Below, in pieces: positions 1-10,403 of a stretch of 64,000 nucleotides of DNA. The translations under genes and the position numbers were made by a program. The stretch is from NCBI GenBank assembly GCA_016871055.1, contig VFZW01000001.1, forward strand, positions 2,561 through 66,560, in the 5' to 3' direction. The notes under the pieces are model-generated. The model had not been told where the DNA came from and ran no database searches. It saw only the letters and a program-made list of their open reading frames with translations. The stretch's first letter is position 1, and the number at the start of each line of letters is the position of its first letter. The DNA comes from Acidobacteriota bacterium. GTDB lineage: Bacteria > Acidobacteriota > Terriglobia > Bryobacterales > Bryobacteraceae.

Positions 1-2
1 CC

Positions 3-2096
3 GGCGGCTATGCGTTGCACATCCAGGATCAAAATGGCGCCGGCGCGAAGCGTGTGATCAAGATGAGCGACAAGCCCGGGTACTACTTTTCGCCCGTCTG
101 GTCGCCCGACTCGAAATGGATCGCGTGCGAAGACAATCGGCTTAACCTGATGCTCGTCGAAGTGGCGACTGGCGCCGTCAACAGCATCGCGACCGATCAC
201 TTCTACGACACTGAGCGTACATTCAACGCCTCCTGGTCGCCCGATTCCAACTGGATCGTCTACACAAAGGAATTGCCTTCGCATTTCCACGCTGTGTTCG
301 CCTATTCAGTGAAGGACAAGCAGGCGCACCAACTCACCGATGGTTTAAGCGACACCCGCTTTCCCGTTTTCGATCGCGATGGCCTCTATCTGTACTTCAC
401 GGCTTCAACCAACATCGGCCCGACACTCGGATGGATCGATATGAACTCGAATCCGTATGCGACCACCCGCAGCGCGTATGTGATGGTATTGCGCAAGGAC
501 ACGCCCTCCCCGCTCGCCGCCGAAAGCGATGACGAGAACGCGCCGAAGCCTGAGGACCTAAAAGACAAGTCCGTACGGATCGACGTCGACGGCCTGAGCC
601 AGCGCATTCTCGCGCTGCCCGGCGGCGCCAAGGACTACGCACGTATCGCGGCTGGCAAGGCCGGCGTACTGTTTTTACAAGTCACCGGCGAAAACGGCGG
701 CCGGATCGAAAAGTTCGACCTTAAGACCCGCAAGTCGACTCCGTTCGCAGAAGGCGTTAACGCCTTCGACGTCTCCGCCGACGGCGAGAAGATCCTTATA
801 CGGAAGAGTGCGTCGTGGCAGATCATCTCCACCGCGTCGCCGATGAAGGCCGGCGAAGGCGTATTGAACACCGCGGCGATCGAAGTGCTCGCAAACCCGC
901 GTGAAGAATGGAAGCAGATCTACCGCGAAGCGTGGCGCATGCAGAGCGAGTACTTCTACGACCCGAAGCTGCACGGTGTCGACGCCGCTGCGATGTCGGA
1001 GCGATATGAGAGATATCTGAAGGGAATCGGCTCACGCGCGGATCTCAACTATCTGATCACCGAAATGCTCGGCCACATGGCCGTTGGCCATCTCTACGTG
1101 CGCGGCGGCAAAGTGCAATCAGCCAAGGCGGTACCCGGCGGACTGCTCGGCGCCGATTACGAGATCGCCAACGGGCGATATCGAATCAAGCGAATTTACA
1201 ACGGCGAGAATTGGAATCCGGCGCTAAAAGCCCCACTCACTCAGCCCGGTGTCGACGCACGCGTCGGCGACTACGTGATTGCAATCGACGGCCGCGACGT
1301 GCGCGCCGGCATCGAAATTCACGCCTACCTCGAAGCGAAAGCGAACAAGCAGGTGCGCTTAAGACTCGGCGCCGATCCCAAGGGCGCGGACGCTCGGGAA
1401 TTCACCGTCGTGCCCGTTGCCACCGAAACGCAATTGCGTTACTACGCGTGGGTCGAAGCCAATCGCCGTCGAGTCGACCAAGCTTCGAACGGCAAACTCG
1501 CCTACGTCTACATGCCCGACACCGGCGACCAGGGCTATGCGAGTTTCGTACGCTACTTCTACGCACAGTCAGGCAAGGAGGGAGTCATCATCGACGAGCG
1601 ATTCAACGGCGGCGGTCAAGCGGCCGACTACGTCATCGACGTCCTGCGCCGTCAGCCAATGAACTCCTGGCGCACGCGTTACGGCGCCGATACAACAACA
1701 CCCGTCATGGGCATCTTTGGCCCTCGCGTGATGATCATCAACGAACACGCCGGCTCAGGCGGCGACGCATTGCCCTACTACTTCCGCTTCCACAAGCTAG
1801 GCCCGCTTGTCGGCACGCGCACGTGGGGCGGGCTTGTCGGAATTCTCGGTTTTCCGCCGCTAATGGACGGCGGCTCGCTCACCGCGCCTAACTTCGCCTT
1901 CCGCAATAACGACGGAGCTTTCGACGTCGAGAACAAAGGCGTCGCGCCCGACATTGAAGTCATCGACGATCCCGCGCAGGCGCGCCAAGGCCGAGACGCA
2001 CAACTCGAAAAAGCGATCGCCGTCGCGATGGAAGCGCTCGCAAAATCGCCTGCAAAGAAGCCCGCCGAACCGATCTACCCCAACTACGCCAAATGA
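3..2096 (+). CDS. Tricorn-protease-like / S41-family peptidase, C-terminal part (5' end lies outside the window)
   Basis: The frame is open to the window edge. Repeated WSPDSKWIA / WSPDSNWIV propeller-blade motifs, a PDZ-like middle segment, and a C-terminal peptidase core (DERFNGGGQAADY, INEHAGSGGDALPYYF). TGA stop at 2094-2096. Confidence 0.8.
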   Translation, partial: GGYALHIQDQNGAGAKRVIKMSDKPGYYFSPVWSPDSKWIACEDNRLNLMLVEVATGAVNSIATDHFYDTERTFNASWSPDSNWIVYTKELPSHFHAVFAYSVKDKQAHQLTDGLSDTRFPVFDRDGLYLYFTASTNIGPTLGWIDMNSNPYATTRSAYVMVLRKDTPSPLAAESDDENAPKPEDLKDKSVRIDVDGLSQRILALPGGAKDYARIAAGKAGVLFLQVTGENGGRIEKFDLKTRKSTPFAEGVNAFDVSADGEKILIRKSASWQIISTASPMKAGEGVLNTAAIEVLANPREEWKQIYREAWRMQSEYFYDPKLHGVDAAAMSERYERYLKGIGSRADLNYLITEMLGHMAVGHLYVRGGKVQSAKAVPGGLLGADYEIANGRYRIKRIYNGENWNPALKAPLTQPGVDARVGDYVIAIDGRDVRAGIEIHAYLEAKANKQVRLRLGADPKGADAREFTVVPVATETQLRYYAWVEANRRRVDQASNGKLAYVYMPDTGDQGYASFVRYFYAQSGKEGVIIDERFNGGGQAADYVIDVLRRQPMNSWRTRYGADTTTPVMGIFGPRVMIINEHAGSGGDALPYYFRFHKLGPLVGTRTWGGLVGILGFPPLMDGGSLTAPNFAFRNNDGAFDVENKGVAPDIEVIDDPAQARQGRDAQLEKAIAVAMEALAKSPAKKPAEPIYPNYAK

Positions 2097-2992
2097 TTAA
2101 CTACGATCCCCATAAGTGGCTCGACCACTTCTTCGATATCCGCGGTTCGCTTGTCCGCGAGATCAGCGTGCGAGTCGGACTGTGCGTCGTCTGGTCCGCC
2201 GGAGTCGTCGCGTTTCACAAGCATGTCTTTCCCGTGGGCATGCCGTCGACACTGCACACATTGATGGGCGTGGCAATGGGCATGCTGCTGGTCTTCCGGA
2301 CTAGTTCCAGCTACGAACGATTCTGGGAAGGCCGCAAACTCTGGGGCGGCATCGTCAACGAGACACGCAATCTCATCCGAGGCGCCTGCGTCCATTTTGG
2401 CAACGATCGCGATCTCCTCGCGCTGCTCACGCGCTGGACCTCCGCGTTTCCTTGGGCGTCGATGAACGGGCTGCGTGGCGTCGACGGCCTCGGCCCGCAA
2501 GCTCACGAGCTTCCGAAAGACCAGGCGAAAGAAGCGATCAACGCGCAACACACTCCGCTCGCCGTCGCGACGCGCATGTCGGAGTGCCTCCGCGCCGCGC
2601 GCGACAAAGGCCTCATCTCCGACATCGTGTTGACCTCGCTCGACTCCAACATCCAACAACTCGTCGACTATCTCGGCGGCTGCGAACGCATTCGAAAAAC
2701 GCCAATGCCCTTCGCCTATGCCGTGCATCTCCGACGCGCGTTGGTGATCTACTGTTTCTCTCTGCCGTTCGCGCTCGTTGAAACGTACGGGTGGACCACG
2801 GTCGTCGACGTGCTCCTGCTCGCCTACACATTCTTCGGCATCGAAGAAATCGGGGTCGAAATCGAAGGCCCCTTCGGTCACGATGACAATGATCTCCCGC
2901 TCGAAGACATCTGCGAGACCATTCATAAGAACCTCTACGCCCTGGCCGGCATCGAGAGGCTTGAACGCGAGAAACTGCCCGAAGGCCTTTAA
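2093..2992 (+). CDS. Bestrophin-family (UPF0187/YneE-like) anion channel
   Basis: 299 aa. Hallmark SSSYERFWEGRKLWGGIVNETRNLIR motif, hydrophobic helices, C-terminal IEEIGVEIEGPFG. The ATG overlaps the upstream stop (ATGA). Confidence 0.85.
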   Translation: MINYDPHKWLDHFFDIRGSLVREISVRVGLCVVWSAGVVAFHKHVFPVGMPSTLHTLMGVAMGMLLVFRTSSSYERFWEGRKLWGGIVNETRNLIRGACVHFGNDRDLLALLTRWTSAFPWASMNGLRGVDGLGPQAHELPKDQAKEAINAQHTPLAVATRMSECLRAARDKGLISDIVLTSLDSNIQQLVDYLGGCERIRKTPMPFAYAVHLRRALVIYCFSLPFALVETYGWTTVVDVLLLAYTFFGIEEIGVEIEGPFGHDDNDLPLEDICETIHKNLYALAGIERLEREKLPEGL

Positions 2993-2994
2993 GA

Positions 2995-4233
2995 ATGTAC
3001 CCCAACCTGCGCTGGCTGATGATCGGCCTCGTCTTCGTCGCGACGCTTATCAACTTCATCGACCGCCAGACTGTGTCGACGCTCGCGCCGATTATCACGA
3101 AAGAGCTCAACCTCTCCAACCAGCAGTACGCCGGCATCGCGTCGTGGTTTCTCGTTGCCTATTCGATGAGCCACGCACTCTCGGGCCGGGTCTATGACCG
3201 CATCGGCTTGAAGCGCGGCTTCTCGCTGTCGATCACTCTCTGGTCGATCGCCGCGATGGCGCACGCCACCGCGCGCTCAGCCGGCGCTCTCAGCGCGTTT
3301 CGATTCCTGCTCGGCCTCGGCGAAGCGGGGAACTGGCCCGGCGCGGCGAAAGTCTGCACCGATTGGTTTCCAGTCAAGGAGCGCGCGTTCGCGATGTCGA
3401 TCTTCAATAGCGGCGCGGCTCTCGGCAACGTCATCGCCGCGCCGATCATCGTGTTCCTGCAACATAGCTACGGCTGGCAGGCGACGTTTCTAATCACGGG
3501 ATCGCTCGGTTTCATTTGGCTTGCACTATGGCTATGGCTGTATCAACCGCCCCGCGAACATCGCTGGCTGACGCAGGCGCAACGCGAAGTCTTCGAAAAG
3601 CCCTCGCCCGCCGAAAAGACGCCGTGGTCGAAGCTCATCGAACAGCGTCCCGTGTGGGGCATCGTGCTCGCACGGTTCTTCACCGATCCCGTGTGGTGGC
3701 TCTATCTCAACTGGTTGCCGCTGTACCTCAGCCGCGTGCACGGCCTCGATTTGAAGTCGATCGCCGCCGCGACAATTGTGCCATTTCTTGTTTCGGACGT
3801 CGGTAGCCTTGCCGGCGGCGGCTTTGCGGCGTTGCTGATCGGCCGAGGTTGGTCCGTCGACAAAACGCGCAAAACTCTGATCGTAATCGGCGCCGTCTGC
3901 ATGGCCGCGGGGGTTGGCGTGGTCACCGCGCACAGCGTCTACGAGGCGCTCGCGTGGATTTCCGCCGCAACATTTGGCTTTCAGTTTTGGGTTAATAACG
4001 TGCAGACGCTTCCTTCCGACTACTTCGCGCCCGAGTCGGTCGGCAGCGTCGCGGGCATGGGCGGGCTCGGCGCGGGCGTCGGCGCGCTGCTGTTCACGCT
4101 GTCCACCGGCTGGCTGGTCGACAACTTTGGCTACACGCCGGTCCTGGTCATTACCGCCGTGCTGCCAATCGTCGGTACGATGCTCCTGTTTCTCCTCGGC
4201 GGCCGCGTTCGCCGCCTCGCAGAGATAGGATAG
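2995..4233 (+). CDS. MFS transporter, ACS/hexuronate (ExuT)-like
   Basis: 412 aa, about 12 predicted TM helices. N-terminus LINFIDRQTVSTLAPII...LNLSNQQYAGI is typical of ExuT/ACS-family MFS. Confidence 0.8.
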   Translation: MYPNLRWLMIGLVFVATLINFIDRQTVSTLAPIITKELNLSNQQYAGIASWFLVAYSMSHALSGRVYDRIGLKRGFSLSITLWSIAAMAHATARSAGALSAFRFLLGLGEAGNWPGAAKVCTDWFPVKERAFAMSIFNSGAALGNVIAAPIIVFLQHSYGWQATFLITGSLGFIWLALWLWLYQPPREHRWLTQAQREVFEKPSPAEKTPWSKLIEQRPVWGIVLARFFTDPVWWLYLNWLPLYLSRVHGLDLKSIAAATIVPFLVSDVGSLAGGGFAALLIGRGWSVDKTRKTLIVIGAVCMAAGVGVVTAHSVYEALAWISAATFGFQFWVNNVQTLPSDYFAPESVGSVAGMGGLGAGVGALLFTLSTGWLVDNFGYTPVLVITAVLPIVGTMLLFLLGGRVRRLAEIG

Positions 4234-4243
4234 GAGTGCTCAC

Positions 4244-4627
4244 ATGGCCCCCGCCGTCTTCATCCTGCTGCTCGCCGCCGATGTCTTCCCGCATCAGACA
4301 CATGGCAAGCTCAACCTGAAGTGCACTTTTTGCCACACAGGCGCGGAGACGAAAACCAACTCCGGCATCCCGGAGCGGAAGACCTGCAAAACCTGCCACG
4401 TCGATAAGGCCGAACTCACGCTAACGGCCAACCGCCGCTACAAACTCGCCGACTGGGTCTTCTTCAGCCACGCGCGCCACGCTGCCGCGAAAGTCGAATG
4501 CGCTGCCTGTCACGGAGACGTGAAGAGCGCTTCGATGCCCGACAAGCGCGCCGTCACCAGCATGAACGCCTGCGTGACCTGCCATCGTGAATCCAAGGCG
4601 AAGCTTGTCTGCAACTCCTGCCACGAA

Positions 4628-4639
<12 letters not shown>
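4244..4639 (+). CDS. Small multihaem c-type cytochrome (c3/c7-like) with five CXXCH motifs
   Basis: 131 aa with [36 protein letters not shown] is the pattern of c7/c3 families. AGGAG at 4232-4236 lies 7 nt upstream of the ATG. Confidence 0.8.
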
Positions 4640-6578
<1,939 letters not shown>

Positions 6579-6613
6579 TCGAGAATCCCAAATTTTGAAG
6601 GACTCATAACGAC

Positions 6614-6730
6614 ATGGATCAGGGAACCGTCCAAATCGTCGCCGGCATTCTTGCCGTGCTTTGTGTTGTCGTGATCATCATTCGCCGTAAGGGCAAGGGC
6701 GGAAGCGCCAAGGCCGAAGACGACTTTTGA
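6614..6730 (+). CDS. Unannotated 38-aa single-TM small protein (MDQGTVQIVAGILAVLCVVVIIIRRKGKGGSAKAEDDF)
   Basis: ATG at 6614, TGA at 6728-6730. One strongly hydrophobic helix followed by an RRKGK stop-transfer cluster and an acidic tail. SD-like GAAGGA upstream and a candidate promoter. It falls below the 60-aa cutoff of the ORF track. Confidence 0.45.
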   Translation: MDQGTVQIVAGILAVLCVVVIIIRRKGKGGSAKAEDDF

Positions 6731-6763
6731 TTCTCGCGTGAGCTCTCAAACGAAACAGTTGGC

Positions 6764-7243
6764 ATGAGCCAAAGCAACGGGTGTGTGTCTCTACACGAGT
6801 CCAAGCCAAGTATCGATCACCGGTTTGCCGCTTTCCGCCTCCGCGTCGGCGCCTCCAAGATCCATCGATGGGGCATCTTCGCGGAGGAATTTATTCCAAA
6901 GGGCCGCAAGGTCGTTGAATACACGGGCGAGAAGATCAGCCGGCGCGAGACGAAGCGCCGCGCCGAAGAGCGCGCGCAGATCTATCTCTTCACGCTCGAC
7001 AGCTACTGGACGATCGATGGCGCCGTCGACGGCAGCGGCGCCGAGATCATCAACCATTCCTGCGAGCCGAACGTCGCTTCGCGCATCGTGCGCGACCACA
7101 TACTCTACTATTCGCTCCGCGACATCCAACCCGGCGAGGAACTGCTCGTCGATTACCGCTTCGGCTACGACGAGGAAAAGCTCCCGTGCCATTGCGGCGC
7201 GAAGACCTGCCGCGGCCTGATGAATCTACTTCAAAAAGAGTAG
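6764..7243 (+). CDS. SET-domain protein (putative protein-lysine N-methyltransferase) with post-SET Cys cluster
   Basis: HRWGIFA, EYTGEKIS, INHSCEPN, GEELLVDYRF and C-terminal CHCGAKTCRG (CxCx4C). All core SET/post-SET motifs are present. Confidence 0.85.
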   Translation: MSQSNGCVSLHESKPSIDHRFAAFRLRVGASKIHRWGIFAEEFIPKGRKVVEYTGEKISRRETKRRAEERAQIYLFTLDSYWTIDGAVDGSGAEIINHSCEPNVASRIVRDHILYYSLRDIQPGEELLVDYRFGYDEEKLPCHCGAKTCRGLMNLLQKE

Positions 7244-7295
7244 GGCAGCGAGCCAAATCCGCATCGAATCCGCCGCCGTGACATCCTATAGACAA

Positions 7296-7490
7296 ATGCT
7301 CTCCGTCACCATCCAAATCGACGGCATGCACTGCAACGCCTGCGTCGCACGAGTCACGCGCGCCCTCGCAAAGGTCGAAAGCGCGCGAGTGCTGCAGGTC
7401 GAGGTCGGCCAAGCGACCGTCGAAATCGCCGACCCAACCGCCGCCGTCGAGGCCATCGTCAAAGCCGGCTACCAAGCCCGCGCCAAGTAA
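7296..7490 (+). CDS. copZ: Copper chaperone, heavy-metal-associated domain (CopZ-like)
   Basis: MLSVTIQIDGMHCNACVARVTRAL carries the MxCxxC motif. An alternative GTG start lies at 7278. The TAA stop directly abuts the copA ATG. Confidence 0.8.
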   Translation: MLSVTIQIDGMHCNACVARVTRALAKVESARVLQVEVGQATVEIADPTAAVEAIVKAGYQARAK

Positions 7491-9578
7491 ATGGCGCAGC
7501 GCCAAATCCTTCTGCCCATCGAAGGCATGTCCTGTGCAGCGTGCGTCGGCCACGTCGAAAAGGCGCTTAAAAGCGTCGACGGTGTCGCCGATGTCCGCGT
7601 CAGCCTGCTCACCAGCGACGCGCGCGTACAGTACGATGACGCCCGTGCCAATACCTCTGTGATCGTTGAAGCAATCCGCGACGCCGGCTACGACTCCAGT
7701 GAATCCGCCATCGCCGAGGGCGACTACCCTGCCCTCAAGCGGAACGCGGCCATTTCGCTCACGCTTGGAGCGGCAGCGATGGCGGCCATGCCGTTCGTCG
7801 ACCACGCTAACACCACCATCGCATGGCTGCAACTAGTCGCAGCCGCGTTCGTCATGACTGTCCCCGGGCGCGAGTACTTCGTCCGCGCCGCGCAAGGTCT
7901 TCGCCATAAGCGCGCCGACATGGGCACACTCATCGCCACCGGCACCGGCGCGGCGTTTCTCTATAGCTCCGCCGCCACCATTCAGCCGCACTGGTTTCAC
8001 GCTCGGGGCGTCATGCCCGATGTCTACTTCGAAGCCGTTATCTTCATCATCGCGCTCGTGCTCACCGGCAAGGTTTTCGAAACGCGCGCCCGCCGCCAGA
8101 CCGCCGCCGCGCTTAAAGGCCTTGTCGAACTGCAACCGCCAACCGCTCTTGTAATCAAGGACGGAACCCCGCGGGAAGTCGCCATCGCATCGATCAACTC
8201 GAGCGACATCGTGGTCCTCCAACCCGGCGCTCGCGCCGCTGTCGACGGGGTCATCGATACGGGCGAGTCCTCCATCGACGAATCGATGCTCACGGGCGAG
8301 CCTATTCCCATCTCGAAACGTCCAGGCGATCTTGTTTCGGCGGGCACCATCAACGGCCTCGGCGCGCTGACTGTCCGCGTCACCGCTACCGGCGCCGCCA
8401 CCACGCTCAGCCAAATCGCACGCGTTATGCGCGAAGCGCAAGCCACACGAGCGCCGATGCAGCAACTCGCCGATAAGGCCAGCGCCATCTTCGTACCTGT
8501 GGTGATGCTGATCGCGCTCGCGACATTTGTTGCCCATCTTATTACGGGCGCCGATACCGGCATCGCGCTTGTGCGCTCGGTCGCCGTGCTGATCATCGCT
8601 TGCCCCTGTGCGATGGGCCTTGCCGTTCCCGCGGCGATCATGGTCGCCACCGGCCGCGCCGCACAATTGGGCGTGTTGATCAAAGGCGGTGAAGCCCTTG
8701 AGAAACTCGCCGCCGTCGATACCGTTGTGCTCGATAAAACCGGTACGCTCACTCAAGGCCGCCCAGCCGTGACGAAGTTCGAAGGCGATGCCAGAGCCCT
8801 TCCGCTCATCGCTGCCGTCGAACGAAAATCCGAACACCCGCTCGCGCGAGCCATCATCAACTACGTTGGCGGTACCGCACGCAACACGGAACGCTTCCAA
8901 GCCTTCCCCGGTAACGGCGCCGAGGCCACGGTTGACGGGCGCCATGTGAGGGTCGGCCGCCCCGACTGGGTCGGCGGAGGCGATGGTGCAATCGCCGCAT
9001 CAATCGACGGCGAGTTGGCTGGCTCGTTCGAAATCGAGGATCCAATTCGAGACGAATCGAAAGCCGCCATCGGGGCACTCAAAGCCGCCGGCATAGAAGT
9101 CCATATGCTTACCGGCGACAGCTCCCGCAACGCCAGCCGCGTCGCGCAGGCCCTTGGCATCGAGAGCTACAAGTCCCGCCTCCTGCCCGTTGAAAAGTTG
9201 CAACACATTGCCGAACTGCAAGCCAAAGGCCGTACGGTCGCCATGATCGGCGACGGCATCAACGACGCCCCTGCGCTTGCAAAAGCCGATGTTGGAATCG
9301 CCATGGCGGCCGGTTCCGGCATCGCGGTCGAAGCGGGCGATATCACGCTTCTGCGCTCCGATCCCCGTGCCGCCGCCACCGCCGTCGCCCTGGCCCGCGC
9401 AGCTACAAGAATCATGCGGTCGAACCTCTTCTGGGCGCTTTGCTACAACGCTGTGGGCATTCCCATGGCGGCGATGGGGCTGCTTAGCCCCATCATTGCC
9501 AGCGCCGCGATGGCCATGAGTTCGATCAGCGTCCTCGCCAACAGCCTGCGATTGCGCAGGTGGCAGGGTGATCGATAG
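7491..9578 (+). CDS. copA: Copper-translocating P1B-type ATPase
   Basis: N-terminal GMSCAACVGHV HMA domain, CPCAMGLA transmembrane metal site, DKTGTLT phosphorylation site, GDGINDAP hinge. Confidence 0.95.
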   Translation: MAQRQILLPIEGMSCAACVGHVEKALKSVDGVADVRVSLLTSDARVQYDDARANTSVIVEAIRDAGYDSSESAIAEGDYPALKRNAAISLTLGAAAMAAMPFVDHANTTIAWLQLVAAAFVMTVPGREYFVRAAQGLRHKRADMGTLIATGTGAAFLYSSAATIQPHWFHARGVMPDVYFEAVIFIIALVLTGKVFETRARRQTAAALKGLVELQPPTALVIKDGTPREVAIASINSSDIVVLQPGARAAVDGVIDTGESSIDESMLTGEPIPISKRPGDLVSAGTINGLGALTVRVTATGAATTLSQIARVMREAQATRAPMQQLADKASAIFVPVVMLIALATFVAHLITGADTGIALVRSVAVLIIACPCAMGLAVPAAIMVATGRAAQLGVLIKGGEALEKLAAVDTVVLDKTGTLTQGRPAVTKFEGDARALPLIAAVERKSEHPLARAIINYVGGTARNTERFQAFPGNGAEATVDGRHVRVGRPDWVGGGDGAIAASIDGELAGSFEIEDPIRDESKAAIGALKAAGIEVHMLTGDSSRNASRVAQALGIESYKSRLLPVEKLQHIAELQAKGRTVAMIGDGINDAPALAKADVGIAMAAGSGIAVEAGDITLLRSDPRAAATAVALARAATRIMRSNLFWALCYNAVGIPMAAMGLLSPIIASAAMAMSSISVLANSLRLRRWQGDR

Positions 9579-9614
9579 CTACCTCGAAGGGTAAAGCGCC
9601 GCCCGATGGGACGA

Positions 9615-10403
9615 TTAGTATGCCGGTTGGAAGGGCCAATTCGCGGTTGTCGTGTACCCGCCGTCGACGGCGATAACCTGGCCGGTCACGTAGTCAGAGC
9701 CGGCGCTTGCTAGGAAAACCGCAAGGCCGGCGAGGTCCGCCGGAGTTCCGATCCGCGGATTGGCCTGGGAGCCTTGCAACCAATCGTACATATGCTTGGG
9801 TTGCCACATGTCCTTGTTCAAGTCCGTCAAGATAAAGCCGGGCGCGATGCAGTTCACCTGGATTCCGTGGCGTCCCCATTCGGCGGCCTGCACGCGAGTG
9901 AGCCCGGCGATGCCAGCTTTGCTCATGGCATAGGGTGCGAGATAGGGCAGGCCGAGTAGCGACATCAAGCTGCCGATGTGAATAATCTTGCCGCCCTTGC
10001 CGCGTTCAACCATGCCACCGCCGATCTGCTGGCACACCTTGAAAATGCCATGCAGGTTCGTATCGAGGATACGCGTGTATTCTTCGGCGGTGTAGTCCTG
10101 CATGCGGCGGCGCACGTTGGTACCGGCAACGTTGATGAGAATATCCGTCGACGACCTGAATTCAGCCGCGAAGGCCGCGATGGATTCGTCGCTTGTCATG
10201 TCGACCGTGCGCGCTTCAGCGGAATGGCCAGCGGCCTTCAGAGCGGCGACTTCTTCGGCGAGTTTGTCGGCCGAACGCGCGGCTAGGATCGTATGCGCAC
10301 CGGCGGCGGCGATTTCCTTGGCGATGGCGAGACCGATGCCTCGCGAAGCGCCGACGACGAGGGCGGTCTTGCCCTTCAATGAAAAGAGAGTTTCAAGCGA
10401 CAT
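9615..10403 (-). CDS. SDR-family oxidoreductase (gluconate-5-dehydrogenase / 3-oxoacyl-ACP-reductase-like)
   Basis: LKGKTALVVGASRGIGLAIA (TGxxxGxG), NVAGT, YAMSKAG (YxxxK). The start overlaps the upstream gene's end by 11 nt. Confidence 0.85.
   Translation of the reverse strand: MSLETLFSLKGKTALVVGASRGIGLAIAKEIAAAGAHTILAARSADKLAEEVAALKAAGHSAEARTVDMTSDESIAAFAAEFRSSTDILINVAGTNVRRRMQDYTAEEYTRILDTNLHGIFKVCQQIGGGMVERGKGGKIIHIGSLMSLLGLPYLAPYAMSKAGIAGLTRVQAAEWGRHGIQVNCIAPGFILTDLNKDMWQPKHMYDWLQGSQANPRIGTPADLAGLAVFLASAGSDYVTGQVIAVDGGYTTTANWPFQPAY

Noticed and set aside
7833-8945. Long antisense or alternative-frame ORFs, e.g. 370 aa opposite copA, 422 aa at 38756-40024 opposite the TonB receptor, 347 aa at 29984-31027, 338 aa at 18888-19904, 280 aa at 2084-2926, and the Arg-rich 226 aa ORF at 1211-1891.
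   Set aside because: Their translations are Arg/Gly/Ala/Pro-rich, low in complexity and free of motifs. They lie fully inside well-supported genes on the other strand or frame. This is the expected stop-codon-poor shadow-ORF behaviour of ~60% GC DNA.
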